Assembly: GCF_026571515.1 (NCBI RefSeq)
Contig: NW_026862398.1
Location: forward strand, 1-64,000
Direction of reading: 5' to 3'
Length of the DNA: 64,000 nt
Source: Ruditapes philippinarum
Lineage: Eukaryota
The notes beneath the pieces are model-generated. The model did not search any database. It saw only the letters and a program-made list of their open reading frames with translations, and was not told where the DNA came from. The position numbers were made by a program, and so were the translations under genes. Below, in pieces: positions 63,480 to 64,000 of this stretch (its first letter is position 1; every line of letters begins with the position of its first letter).

Positions 63480-64000
63480 AATGTTTAATCTATATTAATA
63501 ATCAGCATTATTTTACATAGAAAGACACAATTTGCCTACGGAAACAATTTTACCAAAGTAATATACTTTTACATGCGAATCAATTAAAATTGTTGTTGGT
63601 GACAACTTGGGTGATGGGGGTTCTGTTTTATTATTCGATTGCAGTAATATTGTTAAAAGGGGTTTTCATACGTTCTACAATCGGATATAAATTCTTAAGA
63701 GCCAAATTCTGAACACTTTTAAAATATATGATTAAACAATTAGTACTCCCGACTTTTGTACATTTTCACATTTTCATAACTTCATGCCGTTTTAGTATTT
63801 CATTTAATTTAATAATGCAAACAGTTGTTTTACACAATTTGTGAAATAATTATATTGAAGTATTCAATATTCGCAGCTTATTACAAGTTTCTAAATAGTA
63901 GTACATGTATTTCATTAATTAACTTGGAAGCGCTTCCAAACTGGTTCTTTTGAAATCGTATGCTTACCGAAAATCAAATTGTGTATCCAAATTAAATAAA
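63480..64000 (+). pseudogene. Start of another degenerate LRR/TLR-like gene, running off the window
   Basis: FTCESI...LLFDCSN (63568-63648, LRRNT-like), TFSHFHNF (~63760) and INLEALPNWFF (63918-63950). Confidence 0.45.

Noticed and set aside
240-64000. One intact multi-exon gene whose introns remove the stops
   Set aside because: Stops and frameshifts fall inside motif-bearing segments every few dozen codons, without consistent GT-AG boundaries across paralogous copies.

Overview
AT-rich animal genomic DNA, probably a bivalve mollusc (inferred from the look of its MITEs, SINEs, HINE-like elements and LINE ends). No intact protein-coding gene is visible, and the supplied ORFs are repeat read-throughs or chance frames. 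Translating the + strand by hand across stops and frameshifts shows that most non-transposon sequence is decayed Toll-like-receptor (TLR)-like coding DNA. Recognisable parts are signal/LRRNT starts, LRR fragments, LRRCT-LRRNT junctions, transmembrane segments and TIR box 1/box 2 remnants. All remnants I could orient lie on the + strand, head to tail; I count about 15-20, but the exact number cannot be resolved by eye. They sit in two tandem duplication families: A (two copies about 8.0 kb apart, 218-7686 and 8231-15251) and B (about six mosaic, partly deleted copies, ~15960-59080). Copies share inactivating lesions and an old SINE, so at least some duplications post-date gene death. The window also holds two 42-bp minisatellites, a 45-bp satellite resembling a MITE arm, several MITEs, SINEs and HINE-like elements, truncated LINEs (one flanked by a ~378-bp duplication), a 137-N gap and two probably low-accuracy stretches. 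The TLR calls rest on manual motif recognition, not a database search, and boundaries are approximate.
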